Positions 1-9,234 of a stretch of 64,000 bases of DNA are shown here, piece by piece. A program made the position numbers and the translations under genes. Under the pieces are notes generated by a model. That model was not told the origin of the DNA. It ran no database searches and saw only the letters and a list, made by a program, of their open reading frames with translations. Source of the DNA: a virus (lineage: Duplodnaviria; Caudoviricetes); the IMG/VR virus record IMGVR_UViG_3300032373_000001; one strand, 5' to 3'. How positions within the stretch are numbered: the stretch's first letter is position 1; each line of letters starts with the position of its first letter.

Positions 1-76
1 AGCCCCTCGATGGTGCTCCGGTCAAAGGCGACCTCGGTTGAGGGACCTGGAGAATGCTGGCAAGGCGGGTTGGCAT
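1..76 (-). CDS. Partial CDS running off the left edge (MPTRLASILQ...)
   Basis: Not in the ORF track. ATG at 76 preceded by purine-rich AAAGGGGGA; frame is open to position 1. N-terminus resembles the RLAGIL/KLAKIL leader of neighbouring genes. Confidence 0.45.
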   Translation of the reverse strand, partial: MPTRLASILQVPQPRSPLTGAPSRG

Positions 77-94
77 TGGGGTCCCCCTTTCGGC

Positions 95-487
95 TCAACC
101 CACCAACTGGGCCAAATTGGAGAGCATGTCCACATCTTCGACGATGAAGCTCAAGTCGATCGACCCAGGCCGGACCTCCTTAGCTCCCACCCTCTCCCCT
201 TCGAGGGAAGTGATGCGGAACTCGGGCTCCACTCCGAGCCGCTCCCCGTACTCCCTCAAGACAGCGTTCTGCAGCCCCTGGAGGATGACGTTCTTGTACC
301 GCTTCAGGACCCACTCACTGAGGCCCTCGTGATGCAGGTCCGGAACCGGATCACGGACCTGCAAGAATCCGCGGACCCAGAACAAGGTCCCCCTACGGAA
401 AGGCGCGATCTCAGTGAGGGAGAAACGTGCTCCGGCAGTCCTCACCCCTTCTTGCCCCAAGATACCAGCCAGCCTCACATTGCCCAT
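95..487 (-). CDS. Hypothetical protein with leader family 1 (candidate head cargo)
   Basis: GGAGG RBS supports the start at 487 (MGNVRLAGILGQEGVRTAG) rather than 502. Confidence 0.75.
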   Translation of the reverse strand: MGNVRLAGILGQEGVRTAGARFSLTEIAPFRRGTLFWVRGFLQVRDPVPDLHHEGLSEWVLKRYKNVILQGLQNAVLREYGERLGVEPEFRITSLEGERVGAKEVRPGSIDLSFIVEDVDMLSNLAQLVG

Positions 488-520
488 AGGAACCTCCAAC
501 ACCCTTGAGGGAGAGGCTGC

Positions 521-760
521 CTATTTACGGCTCAGGGCCAGGTCCCGCTTCAGGTCCTTCAACGCCTGGGAGTAGCTCAACGCCTTCACCTGCCCCTCAT
601 CCCGGAAGAACGAGTCGCGAAGTTCCCGGCTCACGGAGCGAGGCATGTCCTCGAACAAGAATACCGCATAGTCCCCCCGCCACTCTGTTCGGAGGTACTT
701 GCAGCCGCACACCACCAAGAAGGCAGCGAAGTACAGGTTGCGGGTCTCGTACTCAGGCAT
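521..760 (-). CDS. Small DUF5659-like phage protein
   Basis: 79 aa with TRNLYFAAFL..G...Y.VFLF pattern typical of DUF5659-like proteins; GGAG RBS. Confidence 0.6.
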   Translation of the reverse strand: MPEYETRNLYFAAFLVVCGCKYLRTEWRGDYAVFLFEDMPRSVSRELRDSFFRDEGQVKALSYSQALKDLKRDLALSRK

Positions 761-785
761 GCTCCAGAGTACCCCCGCCTGCGTC

Positions 786-1175
786 TCAGGATCCGGAGTA
801 GTAGGTGTTGACTACACCCCGGTAGATCTCATAGGGCTTGTCGCCTGGGTCGTAAGCCTCCGGGTCATTCCGGAACGGGTCCAGGTACTGGAACACGGCC
901 ACAACTTCCGCCATGCCTCCCGGCCAGTAGTTCTTCTTGAAATTCGACACCAGTGCGTGAGCTTTCCGCAGCGCCTCTTGCTTCGAGGAGGCTTCGCCCG
1001 TGAGCCGAACGGCTCCGCTCGGGAACGGGACACTGATCCGCATCCGACGAAGGTCGTCGGAGGTGTAGATCTTGGGGTGTTGGCCCCAACTTGGAGGAGT
1101 CTCCTCCAAGGACCGCATCGGGACAGAGGCTTCCCGCAGTCCCTCTTGCTTCAGGATCTTCGCCAATTTGTTCAT
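786..1175 (-). CDS. Hypothetical protein with leader family 1 (candidate head cargo)
   Basis: Starts MNKLAKILKQEGLREAS; GGAG RBS. Confidence 0.75.
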   Translation of the reverse strand: MNKLAKILKQEGLREASVPMRSLEETPPSWGQHPKIYTSDDLRRMRISVPFPSGAVRLTGEASSKQEALRKAHALVSNFKKNYWPGGMAEVVAVFQYLDPFRNDPEAYDPGDKPYEIYRGVVNTYYSGS

Positions 1176-1243
1176 GATTCTGCTCCATGAAAAGGCCGGC
1201 AGTGTTTACCGCCGACCTTTGTAGAGGTCTGAGTACCTGGAGA

Positions 1244-1945
1244 TCAGGGGGCGAGGACGTTGCCGTCGGCGTCGTAGACGACCAGGGCCGCGCCAGCGGT
1301 GCCGCTGTAGGTCCAGGTCGCTGCAGCGTACTCGCTCAGGCGACCGGCACCGCAAGAGATCTGCAGCGCGCCCGTGGAGTACAGCTGACGGTACTCGGTG
1401 TCGTTGGTGAAGGAGCCGGCGACCGTCGGATCGAAGGTGCCGGTGGGGGTCTCGGTGACCGACCCAGCGGGGAGGGTGTACTCGCCACCGCTCATGATCT
1501 TCAGCAGCTCGTTCAGGTCGCCAGTGGAAGCCGAACCGCCAGCGCTGGTCAGCTCGGTGTCGGCGACGACGCCCGCGATAGCAGCGTTCACGGCGGTCAG
1601 GGTCAGCGCCCCCGAGGCGTCCAGGATGGCGATGAGGGCAGCGGCAGCGGCGTTCGCGTTGGCGTCACTGAGGGCCGAGGTACCAGCGGCCAGGCCGCCC
1701 TGCTCGACATGGTCCAGCAGGTAGGCAGCCACGCCCGTGTAGGCAGCCACAGTGACGTCATCACCACCCGAGGTGGTGGTCGCGACCGTGTCGTTGTCCA
1801 CCCGACCGAGCAGGTAGCCGCTCTGGCCGACCGGCTGGTAGATGAGGTTGCGCTGGCTGGTGTTCGGCATCAGGTCGAGCAGCTGGAGGGTTCCAGCCGG
1901 GACGTCGGTGCGCAGGCGGCAGATGTAAGCGCGGTTGGCAGGCAT
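1244..1945 (-). CDS. Probable virion structural protein
   Basis: 233 aa, Ala/Gly/Thr-rich, strongly biased codon use, AGGAGAAG RBS. Function inferred from composition only. Confidence 0.55.
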   Translation of the reverse strand: MPANRAYICRLRTDVPAGTLQLLDLMPNTSQRNLIYQPVGQSGYLLGRVDNDTVATTTSGGDDVTVAAYTGVAAYLLDHVEQGGLAAGTSALSDANANAAAAALIAILDASGALTLTAVNAAIAGVVADTELTSAGGSASTGDLNELLKIMSGGEYTLPAGSVTETPTGTFDPTVAGSFTNDTEYRQLYSTGALQISCGAGRLSEYAAATWTYSGTAGAALVVYDADGNVLAP

Positions 1946-2022
1946 TTGAGCTTCTCCTGATTGAGGTTGGGTAGACCCCTACACCTTAAAAGGTTCCTAT
2001 TTGAAGTCTACCGGGGATTCTG

Positions 2023-2712
2023 TCAGCCTTGGATGCCATTGACCAAGACAGCTGTGATCGAGAAGGTCGCAGCGGCCCCATCCCCACGGAAGCCGACCAG
2101 TGAAGTGCCAGCCTGCTTGAAGATCTTGGAGGTCCCACTGGCAACGGGGATCTCCTGGGTCCCCGGGCCCAAGCTGAAGAAGAGGTCGTTGGCTCCGTCG
2201 GTGTTGAACACCTCGACCTCGTCCGCATACTCGCTGAAATCGACCCACATGGCGGTCTGAGGCGGGAGGTTGCTTGCCAGCCCGCTCACGTTCGGGGCAG
2301 TACCGTTGAGGATCAGGCTCCTGCGCCCTGAGCTGAGGAACCCCGCTTTCGGAACGACCAAGATCGGACCGAAAGAAGAGACGCCCCCTGCTGTGTCGAT
2401 CCCCGCCACCCGAAGGAAGTGGGGTTGACCCTCACCAGGGACCGTCGCCGAAGCGTAGTCAACCGGGTCGAAAACCGCACGGGTCAGCCCCGCATTGCGT
2501 TCCAGGACCCGGTTGATGCCGGTCCGGCGAAGAGTCTTGGAACGGAAAGTAGACCCCACAGGACGGTCAAACAGTGTCACGGGGGTGGCGTAAGCTGCAT
2601 CCAGCGTGAGCGCATCCGCGAAGCGGAAGCTCACGTAGTTGGGGTTGTTTCTCACCGAGAGGGAAATGACTCCCTGGTGCCGCTCGATCAGGTTGGCCTT
2701 GAGGGTGGTCAA
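2023..2712 (-). CDS. Hypothetical (possibly structural, beta-rich) protein
   Basis: 229 aa ORF, TTG start with GGAGG RBS. Confidence 0.6.
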   Translation of the reverse strand: MTTLKANLIERHQGVISLSVRNNPNYVSFRFADALTLDAAYATPVTLFDRPVGSTFRSKTLRRTGINRVLERNAGLTRAVFDPVDYASATVPGEGQPHFLRVAGIDTAGGVSSFGPILVVPKAGFLSSGRRSLILNGTAPNVSGLASNLPPQTAMWVDFSEYADEVEVFNTDGANDLFFSLGPGTQEIPVASGTSKIFKQAGTSLVGFRGDGAAATFSITAVLVNGIQG

Positions 2713-2802
2713 GGAATCCTCCAGTACTAAGCCTGCGGAAGGATAGCCGGACTACCGCTTCAAGTCCGGGGAGGGGCGCTCCCCCGCCCCAAACTAAAGT
2801 GC

Positions 2803-3192
2803 CTATTTGTTGGACTTCTCTTTCCGGGCGAGCCTCTCATAGCCGGAGGTCTTCTTGCCCTGGTCCCGTGCGAGCTTCGCCGCATCGCTCCAGGACTCCG
2901 TCCGCTCCCCGCCCACGTTGGGGACCAGGCTCACGGAGGGGGCATCCCGCTTCATCTCGTTCTGCTTCTGAGTGAGCCTCTGGTTCTTCTTCCGCATCTG
3001 GGTGCGGATGCGGTTGTTCTTGGAAGCCCAGCCGTCCCCTTTGAAGATGGCCCCGGAAGGCAGCGAGACGAGCTTCTTCAGGTCGGCAGACCCGCACTCT
3101 TTGCAGGGGGGCGGGTCGTCCATCTCACTCATTTTGAGGCGGTGAGTGACTTCCCTTTGGCAGGACTGGCAGCGATATTCGTAGAAGGGCAT
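2803..3192 (-). CDS. FmdB-family zinc-ribbon protein
   Basis: MPFYEYRCQSC...PPCKECGS..LKKLVS...FKGDGW matches the CxxC_CxxC_SSSS/FmdB signature. Confidence 0.85.
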   Translation of the reverse strand: MPFYEYRCQSCQREVTHRLKMSEMDDPPPCKECGSADLKKLVSLPSGAIFKGDGWASKNNRIRTQMRKKNQRLTQKQNEMKRDAPSVSLVPNVGGERTESWSDAAKLARDQGKKTSGYERLARKEKSNK

Positions 3193-3201
3193 GGACGCAC
3201 T

Positions 3202-5865
3202 CTACCCCTGCTGGTGCATCGCCACCACGCGCAGAGCACTCAGGCGAGAAGCTGGGGGAGCCGTCCTCGTCTCGTGGACCCGGACTGGGGCGGAGGTCAA
3301 TTTGCGGTACTGGTCCACAAAGGCTTCCCCCCCACGTTTCCGATAAGCGCGGCCCTTTAGGACGTCCACTCCCAAGAGGGCACCCTTGATCTTGACTGGA
3401 CCAGGAACGAACTCTTCCGCATTAGTGTACTGGGGATGCTCAGAGCGCGTTGCCATCCCAAACTCAAAAGGCATCATCTTGTGGTGCTCGCGCAATTTGT
3501 TGGCGTCCAGCACCAAACGGACGGGACCATACCTGCGCAAGTCAAACCGGCGAGTCAGGCTCACTCCAGGAACGAGCCCCCGCTCTTTGAGGGCTTCTTG
3601 GAAGTTCTCGGTCGGAGAGATCACCCCGCTCTTGAGGATTCCCGCAGCCCCCTCCAGGGAAGTGAAGTGGTAGAGAGGGGCGCGGTTGGAAGCCTTCTTG
3701 CCCGGCTTATACGGAACCACGTTGTACGGACCCTTCACACGTCGGGTGAATTCCCTCAGGAACTCGTCCTCCCAGGCCAACCCGGCGCTCCAGGGGAAGC
3801 TGATCTCCGGGATCTCTGGCCGAGAGTCGATTACCCCCACCACCACGATCCGGTTCTTGCCGCTGAACCCGACAGGCTCCAGGGAACGGACATTGTGAAT
3901 GGCTCCATCACCGACGTCGGCCGTAGGCTTGAAGAACCGGCTGAATTGCTCGGTCGCGTCACGCAATTTTTGGAAGGTGCCCGTGAACATCGCAGGAGGG
4001 CCCAGCAAATCCCCCAGGGCCTCCTGCGCCTCTGGGGTCGGGGTCTCTCTCAGCATACCCACCGTGCGGGTGTAGTTCCGCCGCAAGCCCCCCTCAATCA
4101 AGTGGGCCAAGTAGGTCAGCAGCAGGTCTCGAGTGACCTGCAGAGCCTTCTGCTTCTGGCGGTCATAGCTCCGTCGAGCATTTGGCCAGCGCCCCAGGAA
4201 CTTGCGGAGGAACTTGTCCAGGAGAGGATCAAAGCTCATCCCCGACATATAGGCGGCAAGCTCCTTCAGCGTGTAGGGGTTGATAGGGTTGCGGGTGTCT
4301 TCTTGAAAGAAGCGGTCAGGGATAAAGGCTCCCCAGCGCTTTGGGATGCGACGGAAATTGCTCCCGGCCACCTCTTCCGCCACCTCAAGGATCGAGTCTT
4401 CATCTTGGATGATGTCCGGCGAGCGGGTCTCCAGGGTGGCCCCAACGATCACGGGCAAGCCTCCGCTGCGAGCAGCAGTCCGTGCAGCATCGTAGGCAAA
4501 GCGTTCCGAGAAGTAGGCCCCGCCGTAGGTCTGGAGGGAGCGCGAGCCGAGCCACTCTTCCTCCCCGTAGACCAAATCCACCCCCGACGGGAGCAGCCCT
4601 TGCTTCAGGATCCCCCGGATGTTCTTGGAGGAGGTTCCATGCCAGAAGAGCTTCCGAGCAGCCTCACGGTCGGAGGAGCCCTGCTTCTCCCTGCGGGACT
4701 GAGCCTGGAGAAGGCGACCCAGCACTGCAACCACATGCTTGCATGCCCCATGTCGGTGGTTCGGGTCCTTCTCGCGAGGGGAGGCTGCGGTCCCTCTGGG
4801 CTTCCCGTAGAGATAGCCGCCGCGCTTGGCCCAGTGCTCGGGACCCTGCCAACGCCAGAACTCGCAGGAGCAAGAGACCTTGATGGAATCTTCTCCCCGA
4901 AGGACCCGAATGCGGTGAGTACCCCCGTCAGAGGCTGCCGCCCTGTACTCCAAGACGCCCAGGCGAACTCCGATGCGAGTCAGCTTCACTTTGCGGGCAC
5001 GCTGGAAGAGGTCACGCGAGCACTTCTGGAGGATGTCTCGGAGGGTGGCCCGTTTGTTATCCGAAGCGGCCTTCGGATAAGTCAACTGCTGCCGTAGAGT
5101 GTTCTTCATGCTGTCGGGGATGACCTTGGCAGAACTGGCAGGCATGTTATTTTTATGGGTCGTGCTGTTCCCCGGCCCCCCAAGGCCGGTCGGCTCGTAG
5201 TGAGTGCCTGGGGTCGTGAAGTGGGAGGAGCCGGAAGGCTGGTAGTGCACTCCCTCTCCTGGCTGCTGCCGGCCAGGGTTCGGGTTCTCCTGCTTGTAGA
5301 GGATGATGTCCCCGGCTCGACGGTCTTCCCACAGCGCCAGCACCACTTCTGCAGCGCACCGCTCGATGGGAGTCTTCTTAGGGGTGAGGCCCTTCTTGCG
5401 CCAGTAGGCCGTGATCACCTTGGCCACGGGCCCAGCGATCTTGAACACCAAGAAGAGGTGCCGCCGGGGGTCAGCCCAGCGAATCAGCGTCCCTTTCTGA
5501 ATGGCCCGCTGGTGCTTCTTGCGCAGCTCGAAGTACAAGGGGCTCTCGTAGCGGGCCCAGAACTCTCGGAACGAGTCGCGAAGGTTTCCCAGAGTGATGC
5601 CGCGCAAGTCCATCCGAAATTGAGCGTGAGCGCTCAACCCGATGAGCTTCATCTCCGGGCCGATGCCCGCGAAGGTCCGATCCGAACGGTAGACGAGGTT
5701 GACTTCGTTCGGGGTGAGGTCCCCGGTAGCGTCCAAGCGGGCCAGCAGCGGTGCGGCATTCTTGGCGCTGAGATGCTTGTTGATGCGTTCTGCTACAGTA
5801 CAAGTCCCTCCAGGAACCCCCAGCGGAGGACGGAGGTCTTTGGCGTAAGACTCTCGGAGCATCAT
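3202..5865 (-). CDS. Polyvalent protein: DUF4258-like + SWIM zinc finger + two ADP-ribosyltransferase-like domains
   Basis: Motifs SAHAQFRMDLRGI; CSC...CKH; FWHGTS...GAYFS...DED; LYHFTS...VSLTR...AEE. Linkers KAAS, KQGS, KKAS. Confidence 0.7.
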   Translation of the reverse strand: MMLRESYAKDLRPPLGVPGGTCTVAERINKHLSAKNAAPLLARLDATGDLTPNEVNLVYRSDRTFAGIGPEMKLIGLSAHAQFRMDLRGITLGNLRDSFREFWARYESPLYFELRKKHQRAIQKGTLIRWADPRRHLFLVFKIAGPVAKVITAYWRKKGLTPKKTPIERCAAEVVLALWEDRRAGDIILYKQENPNPGRQQPGEGVHYQPSGSSHFTTPGTHYEPTGLGGPGNSTTHKNNMPASSAKVIPDSMKNTLRQQLTYPKAASDNKRATLRDILQKCSRDLFQRARKVKLTRIGVRLGVLEYRAAASDGGTHRIRVLRGEDSIKVSCSCEFWRWQGPEHWAKRGGYLYGKPRGTAASPREKDPNHRHGACKHVVAVLGRLLQAQSRREKQGSSDREAARKLFWHGTSSKNIRGILKQGLLPSGVDLVYGEEEWLGSRSLQTYGGAYFSERFAYDAARTAARSGGLPVIVGATLETRSPDIIQDEDSILEVAEEVAGSNFRRIPKRWGAFIPDRFFQEDTRNPINPYTLKELAAYMSGMSFDPLLDKFLRKFLGRWPNARRSYDRQKQKALQVTRDLLLTYLAHLIEGGLRRNYTRTVGMLRETPTPEAQEALGDLLGPPAMFTGTFQKLRDATEQFSRFFKPTADVGDGAIHNVRSLEPVGFSGKNRIVVVGVIDSRPEIPEISFPWSAGLAWEDEFLREFTRRVKGPYNVVPYKPGKKASNRAPLYHFTSLEGAAGILKSGVISPTENFQEALKERGLVPGVSLTRRFDLRRYGPVRLVLDANKLREHHKMMPFEFGMATRSEHPQYTNAEEFVPGPVKIKGALLGVDVLKGRAYRKRGGEAFVDQYRKLTSAPVRVHETRTAPPASRLSALRVVAMHQQG

Positions 5866-5894
5866 CGACCCTCGGAACAGGCGAACCTACCGAG

Positions 5895-6677
5895 TCATGC
5901 GAATAGGTCTTCCAGTGCAAAGGGCTTGGGCCACCCCACGCAGGCGAGGAATTCTTCTCGCTCGATGGTCCCCCCTGTGCGGATACGAGGAACCTTGCGG
6001 CGCTTGACCAGCTCCCAGTCCAAGCCGGGGAAGACTTCCGGTGCCCCTGAGCCGTAAGACACCAGCACCGGCACCCCACGGCTCCGGCAGCGATCGATCA
6101 GGCCCATAGTGGTTGCCGGGTCATAATCCTTCTCTCGAACGTAGCCGCCGACCGTTCCGATGTAGGGCGGGTCCAAGAAGTAGGCGTCTCCCGGCTGGGG
6201 GTCCCAGTCCTCAGCCGCTTTCTGAGTGACCTGCACCCTCCGGGCCAGAGGGAGGAGACGGATTGTCTGGAGGACTGGGAGATTGTGCTGCGGATAGTAG
6301 GTCCACGACCCCCACTGCCCCACATAGGCCCCGCAAGAGTTGAGCTTCAGGTACAAGAGTGGGCCTGGGTCCAGGCCCAAGGTCCTGATGTCGATCTTCT
6401 CTTCCTGTTGCTGGCTCCAATCCAACAGGTGGAGCAGATCCACCTCCGCCTGGGGGGAGCACAACCACTCCCAGAGGGTGATGACCTCCGCGCTCTGGTC
6501 GGAACCGCAGACCTGACCCTCGAAGCCCGCTAAGAGGGCCTGTATACTGAACGCCCCTGAGCCCAGGTAAGGCTCCACCAACCGGCGAGTCCCCGCCGGG
6601 GCCGGAAAGACTGCCCGCTCTCGGTAATTGGGGATCAGCCGGTTCTTGTTGCCTGAGTACCGAAACAGTGAGATCAA
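5895..6677 (-). CDS. Orphan DNA adenine methyltransferase (Dam/D12-like)
   Basis: FRYSGNK, LVEPYLGSGA (SAM-binding) and YFLDPPY (catalytic). TTG start at 6677 with AGAGGAG RBS. Confidence 0.85.
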   Translation of the reverse strand: MISLFRYSGNKNRLIPNYRERAVFPAPAGTRRLVEPYLGSGAFSIQALLAGFEGQVCGSDQSAEVITLWEWLCSPQAEVDLLHLLDWSQQQEEKIDIRTLGLDPGPLLYLKLNSCGAYVGQWGSWTYYPQHNLPVLQTIRLLPLARRVQVTQKAAEDWDPQPGDAYFLDPPYIGTVGGYVREKDYDPATTMGLIDRCRSRGVPVLVSYGSGAPEVFPGLDWELVKRRKVPRIRTGGTIEREEFLACVGWPKPFALEDLFA

Positions 6678-6824
6678 ACCGACTCCTCTTCTACCCTCTA
6701 TACCGGACCTGAAAAGTTCGGAAATACAACTCAAGGCGTCACGTAACTATACGCCTGCCGAGTGAAGAGCAGGAGCATGGGCGCGCTATTCCGGCCAGCC
6801 CGACAACAAGAAAGAGGTCTTACC

Positions 6825-9149
6825 ATGACGCAGCAGTACCTGCGCGGCGAGCGCAAGCTGTACCTCCTCGACCCCATCCCAAACCCCACCGAAGGCCCCA
6901 AGCCGTCCAAGAGCGTGAGCCACCACGTCCTGATCGTGGACCGGTCCGGTTCCATGTGGGGAGACATCAACGACCTGAAGGCGACCATCCTCCAGGCGCT
7001 GGCAGTGGACTCGGCCGTCAACGGCGACCCGCTGATCACGCTGGTGACCTTCAGCAACATGGTCCGCAAGGTCTTCTGCCGGGTGCCCCTGAGCCGGGTT
7101 CTCCAGCTGGGTTCCCAGGAACACCGCAGCATCCAGGCCATCTCCGCCGGGGGGCTGACCTGCATGAGCAAGGCCCTCTTCCTGGGGTTGGAGGAAGTCC
7201 GCGACGGAGAGACGACGGGCATGACCCTCTTCACCGACGGGTACGCCAACCACCCCAGCACCTACTCCGAGATCTCGAACATCGAGCGGTTCCTTGAAGA
7301 CGCCAAGCAGCGTCAGAACCTGTTCCTCAACACGGTCGGCTACCGAGACTGGTGCGACTGGACCCTGATGCGCCGCATGGCGAACACCCTCAGCGGACGG
7401 AGCGTTCGGGCTCGGAGCTTCCGGGACGTCCTGAGCATCATGCGCGACACCCAGAAGCTGTTGGCAGAAGGCAGCAGCAGGGGCGGGGCACTCTTCGAGG
7501 CACCGGGACGCAAGATCCTCGCCATCGACCAGAGCGCGGGCAACGAGCGAGTGCTCTTCGCAGAAGACAAGCTCGAAGTGCCCATCGTCGCGGACCCCTC
7601 CAAGCTCCACGTCTTCGGGGTCGTTGAGGTCGACGACCCGAAGGCCAGCGTCCACCGCGCTGCCCGCGCAATCAGCCGCGAGCAGTCCTGGATCAGCGGG
7701 GCCTTGGCGCTGGGCTACCTCCAGGCAGGAGACCTCCGCTCGGCGAAGGACATCGTGTTCAAGTCTGGCAACAAGTCCGTCTGGGCCGCTGCGAAGACCG
7801 CCCTCACCCAGACCCAGCTCCAGGCCCTGAGCGACCAACTGCACTCCTGGGCAACAGTCCCGGACGGATTGGGCACCTGGGGGTTCACCTGGGGCCGAAA
7901 CACCCACCCGCAGCACTCGATGGCCGACTTCATGTTCCGCCTCAACGCACTGCCAGATCGGAGCCTGGGGCTGGATGTCGACCGTTTCCTGAAGGACTAC
8001 AAACGTCGCACGGTCCGGCGAGTGCCCTCCGCCACGACCTCCACCAAGCTGCGGTCGCGGGACGGAGTCTACTACCTCAGGGGCATGAGCGCCAACAAGG
8101 ACGAGGCCACCCTCCAGCTCAACACCGTCACCGACGCCGAGCTCCTCAAGGACGGGGACGTCGTCAACACGGTCGAGCACGTCAGCCTGACCCAGCTCAA
8201 GGACTACCGCAGCTACACGGTGATGTCCAGCGGCGAGTACACGGTGGAGTCGCTCCCCCTGCGGGTCTACAACCAGCTGGGCTGGACGGCGGTTCAGGAG
8301 TTTATCGAGGCCAAGTACCGCTCAGGAGGCTTCGTTCCGGGCAAGCTGGTCCGCGTCAACCTCAAGCAGTTCCGGCTCGATGGGGATGCTTCTCCCGACA
8401 CCGGTGCCCTGGCTCAGACGGTCACCGAGATGCTCCAGGCTGAGGCAGAGCTTCGAGTCCTGCGGGCCGCTCAGCAGCCGGATGCGGCCAGCCCCTACAG
8501 CGCCGGTCAGGTTGCCGCGCTGCGCGCCCATGACCTCACTGCGAAGCTGTACTACAGCCCCAAGACGGGCTACAGCTACGACGACCGCGAGGACGCCATC
8601 AACAAGGGTGAGATCGACTGCTACACGCGGTACAAGATCGCCTTCGGAACGGTCGACATCCTCAGCCCCAAGAAGTACCGCTCGGGCAACGCCGCCTTCC
8701 AGCGCTTCTACCGGGTGGCGGTCGACGGCTCCGACGTCAAGAAGCCCAAACTGGCTGACTCCCTCCAGAACCGGACGGCCACCATCACCCGCAAGCCGAC
8801 GGCTTCGTCGAACAACGCCGACGCGAAGATGCTCAGCGCCTTGCGCGGGCTCGTCGGCGGCGGTCGGATGCTCCCGGCCCAGCTGGCCACCCTCCTGGAG
8901 CAGAAGGAAGAGGATGTCACCCGCCTGTACGCAGAGCACCTCCAGCCGTTGGTCTTCGAGATCGGCTGCACGGGGCTGCTCCCGGCTGAGCTGGAGCAGG
9001 ACTTCGAGCGCATGACGGCGGAGGACTTTGCCAAGTCCACCGGGGCCAAGCTCGCCAAGGCTGACCAGGAGACCATCTTCTTCCTGAACAAGGCTTCGGG
9101 CACGGTCATCTCAGTCAGCCCCACGGATGCGTGGTACTCAGTTAGCTGA
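6825..9149 (+). CDS. Large vWA-domain protein
   Basis: MIDAS residues VLIVDRSGSM, GGLT, LFTDG, followed by ~570 aa of unrecognised sequence. Start moved to MTQQY (AGAGG RBS). Confidence 0.8.
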   Translation: MTQQYLRGERKLYLLDPIPNPTEGPKPSKSVSHHVLIVDRSGSMWGDINDLKATILQALAVDSAVNGDPLITLVTFSNMVRKVFCRVPLSRVLQLGSQEHRSIQAISAGGLTCMSKALFLGLEEVRDGETTGMTLFTDGYANHPSTYSEISNIERFLEDAKQRQNLFLNTVGYRDWCDWTLMRRMANTLSGRSVRARSFRDVLSIMRDTQKLLAEGSSRGGALFEAPGRKILAIDQSAGNERVLFAEDKLEVPIVADPSKLHVFGVVEVDDPKASVHRAARAISREQSWISGALALGYLQAGDLRSAKDIVFKSGNKSVWAAAKTALTQTQLQALSDQLHSWATVPDGLGTWGFTWGRNTHPQHSMADFMFRLNALPDRSLGLDVDRFLKDYKRRTVRRVPSATTSTKLRSRDGVYYLRGMSANKDEATLQLNTVTDAELLKDGDVVNTVEHVSLTQLKDYRSYTVMSSGEYTVESLPLRVYNQLGWTAVQEFIEAKYRSGGFVPGKLVRVNLKQFRLDGDASPDTGALAQTVTEMLQAEAELRVLRAAQQPDAASPYSAGQVAALRAHDLTAKLYYSPKTGYSYDDREDAINKGEIDCYTRYKIAFGTVDILSPKKYRSGNAAFQRFYRVAVDGSDVKKPKLADSLQNRTATITRKPTASSNNADAKMLSALRGLVGGGRMLPAQLATLLEQKEEDVTRLYAEHLQPLVFEIGCTGLLPAELEQDFERMTAEDFAKSTGAKLAKADQETIFFLNKASGTVISVSPTDAWYSVS

Positions 9150-9167
9150 CCGTAGGCTACTGGGCAT

Positions 9168-9195
9168 GGCCTCTCCCGCCAGGGAGGGGCCTTTT
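9168..9195 (+). terminator. Putative intrinsic terminator
   Basis: GGCCTCTCCC-GCCA-GGGAGGGGCC stem (one G-U pair) followed by TTTT, just after the vWA gene. Confidence 0.65.
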
Positions 9196-9234
9196 CAATT
9201 GCGGGTGCACGTAAGCACCCCGCAAGAGGGAAAC

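Noticed and set aside
3436-5097. Long opposite-strand ORFs (also 14769..16781, 21217..22623, 27927..30062, 34107..36188, 38883..40319, 41570..43540, 54597..55997)
   Set aside because: Antisense shadows of real genes, expected with high GC3; no RBS, no motifs, atypical composition.
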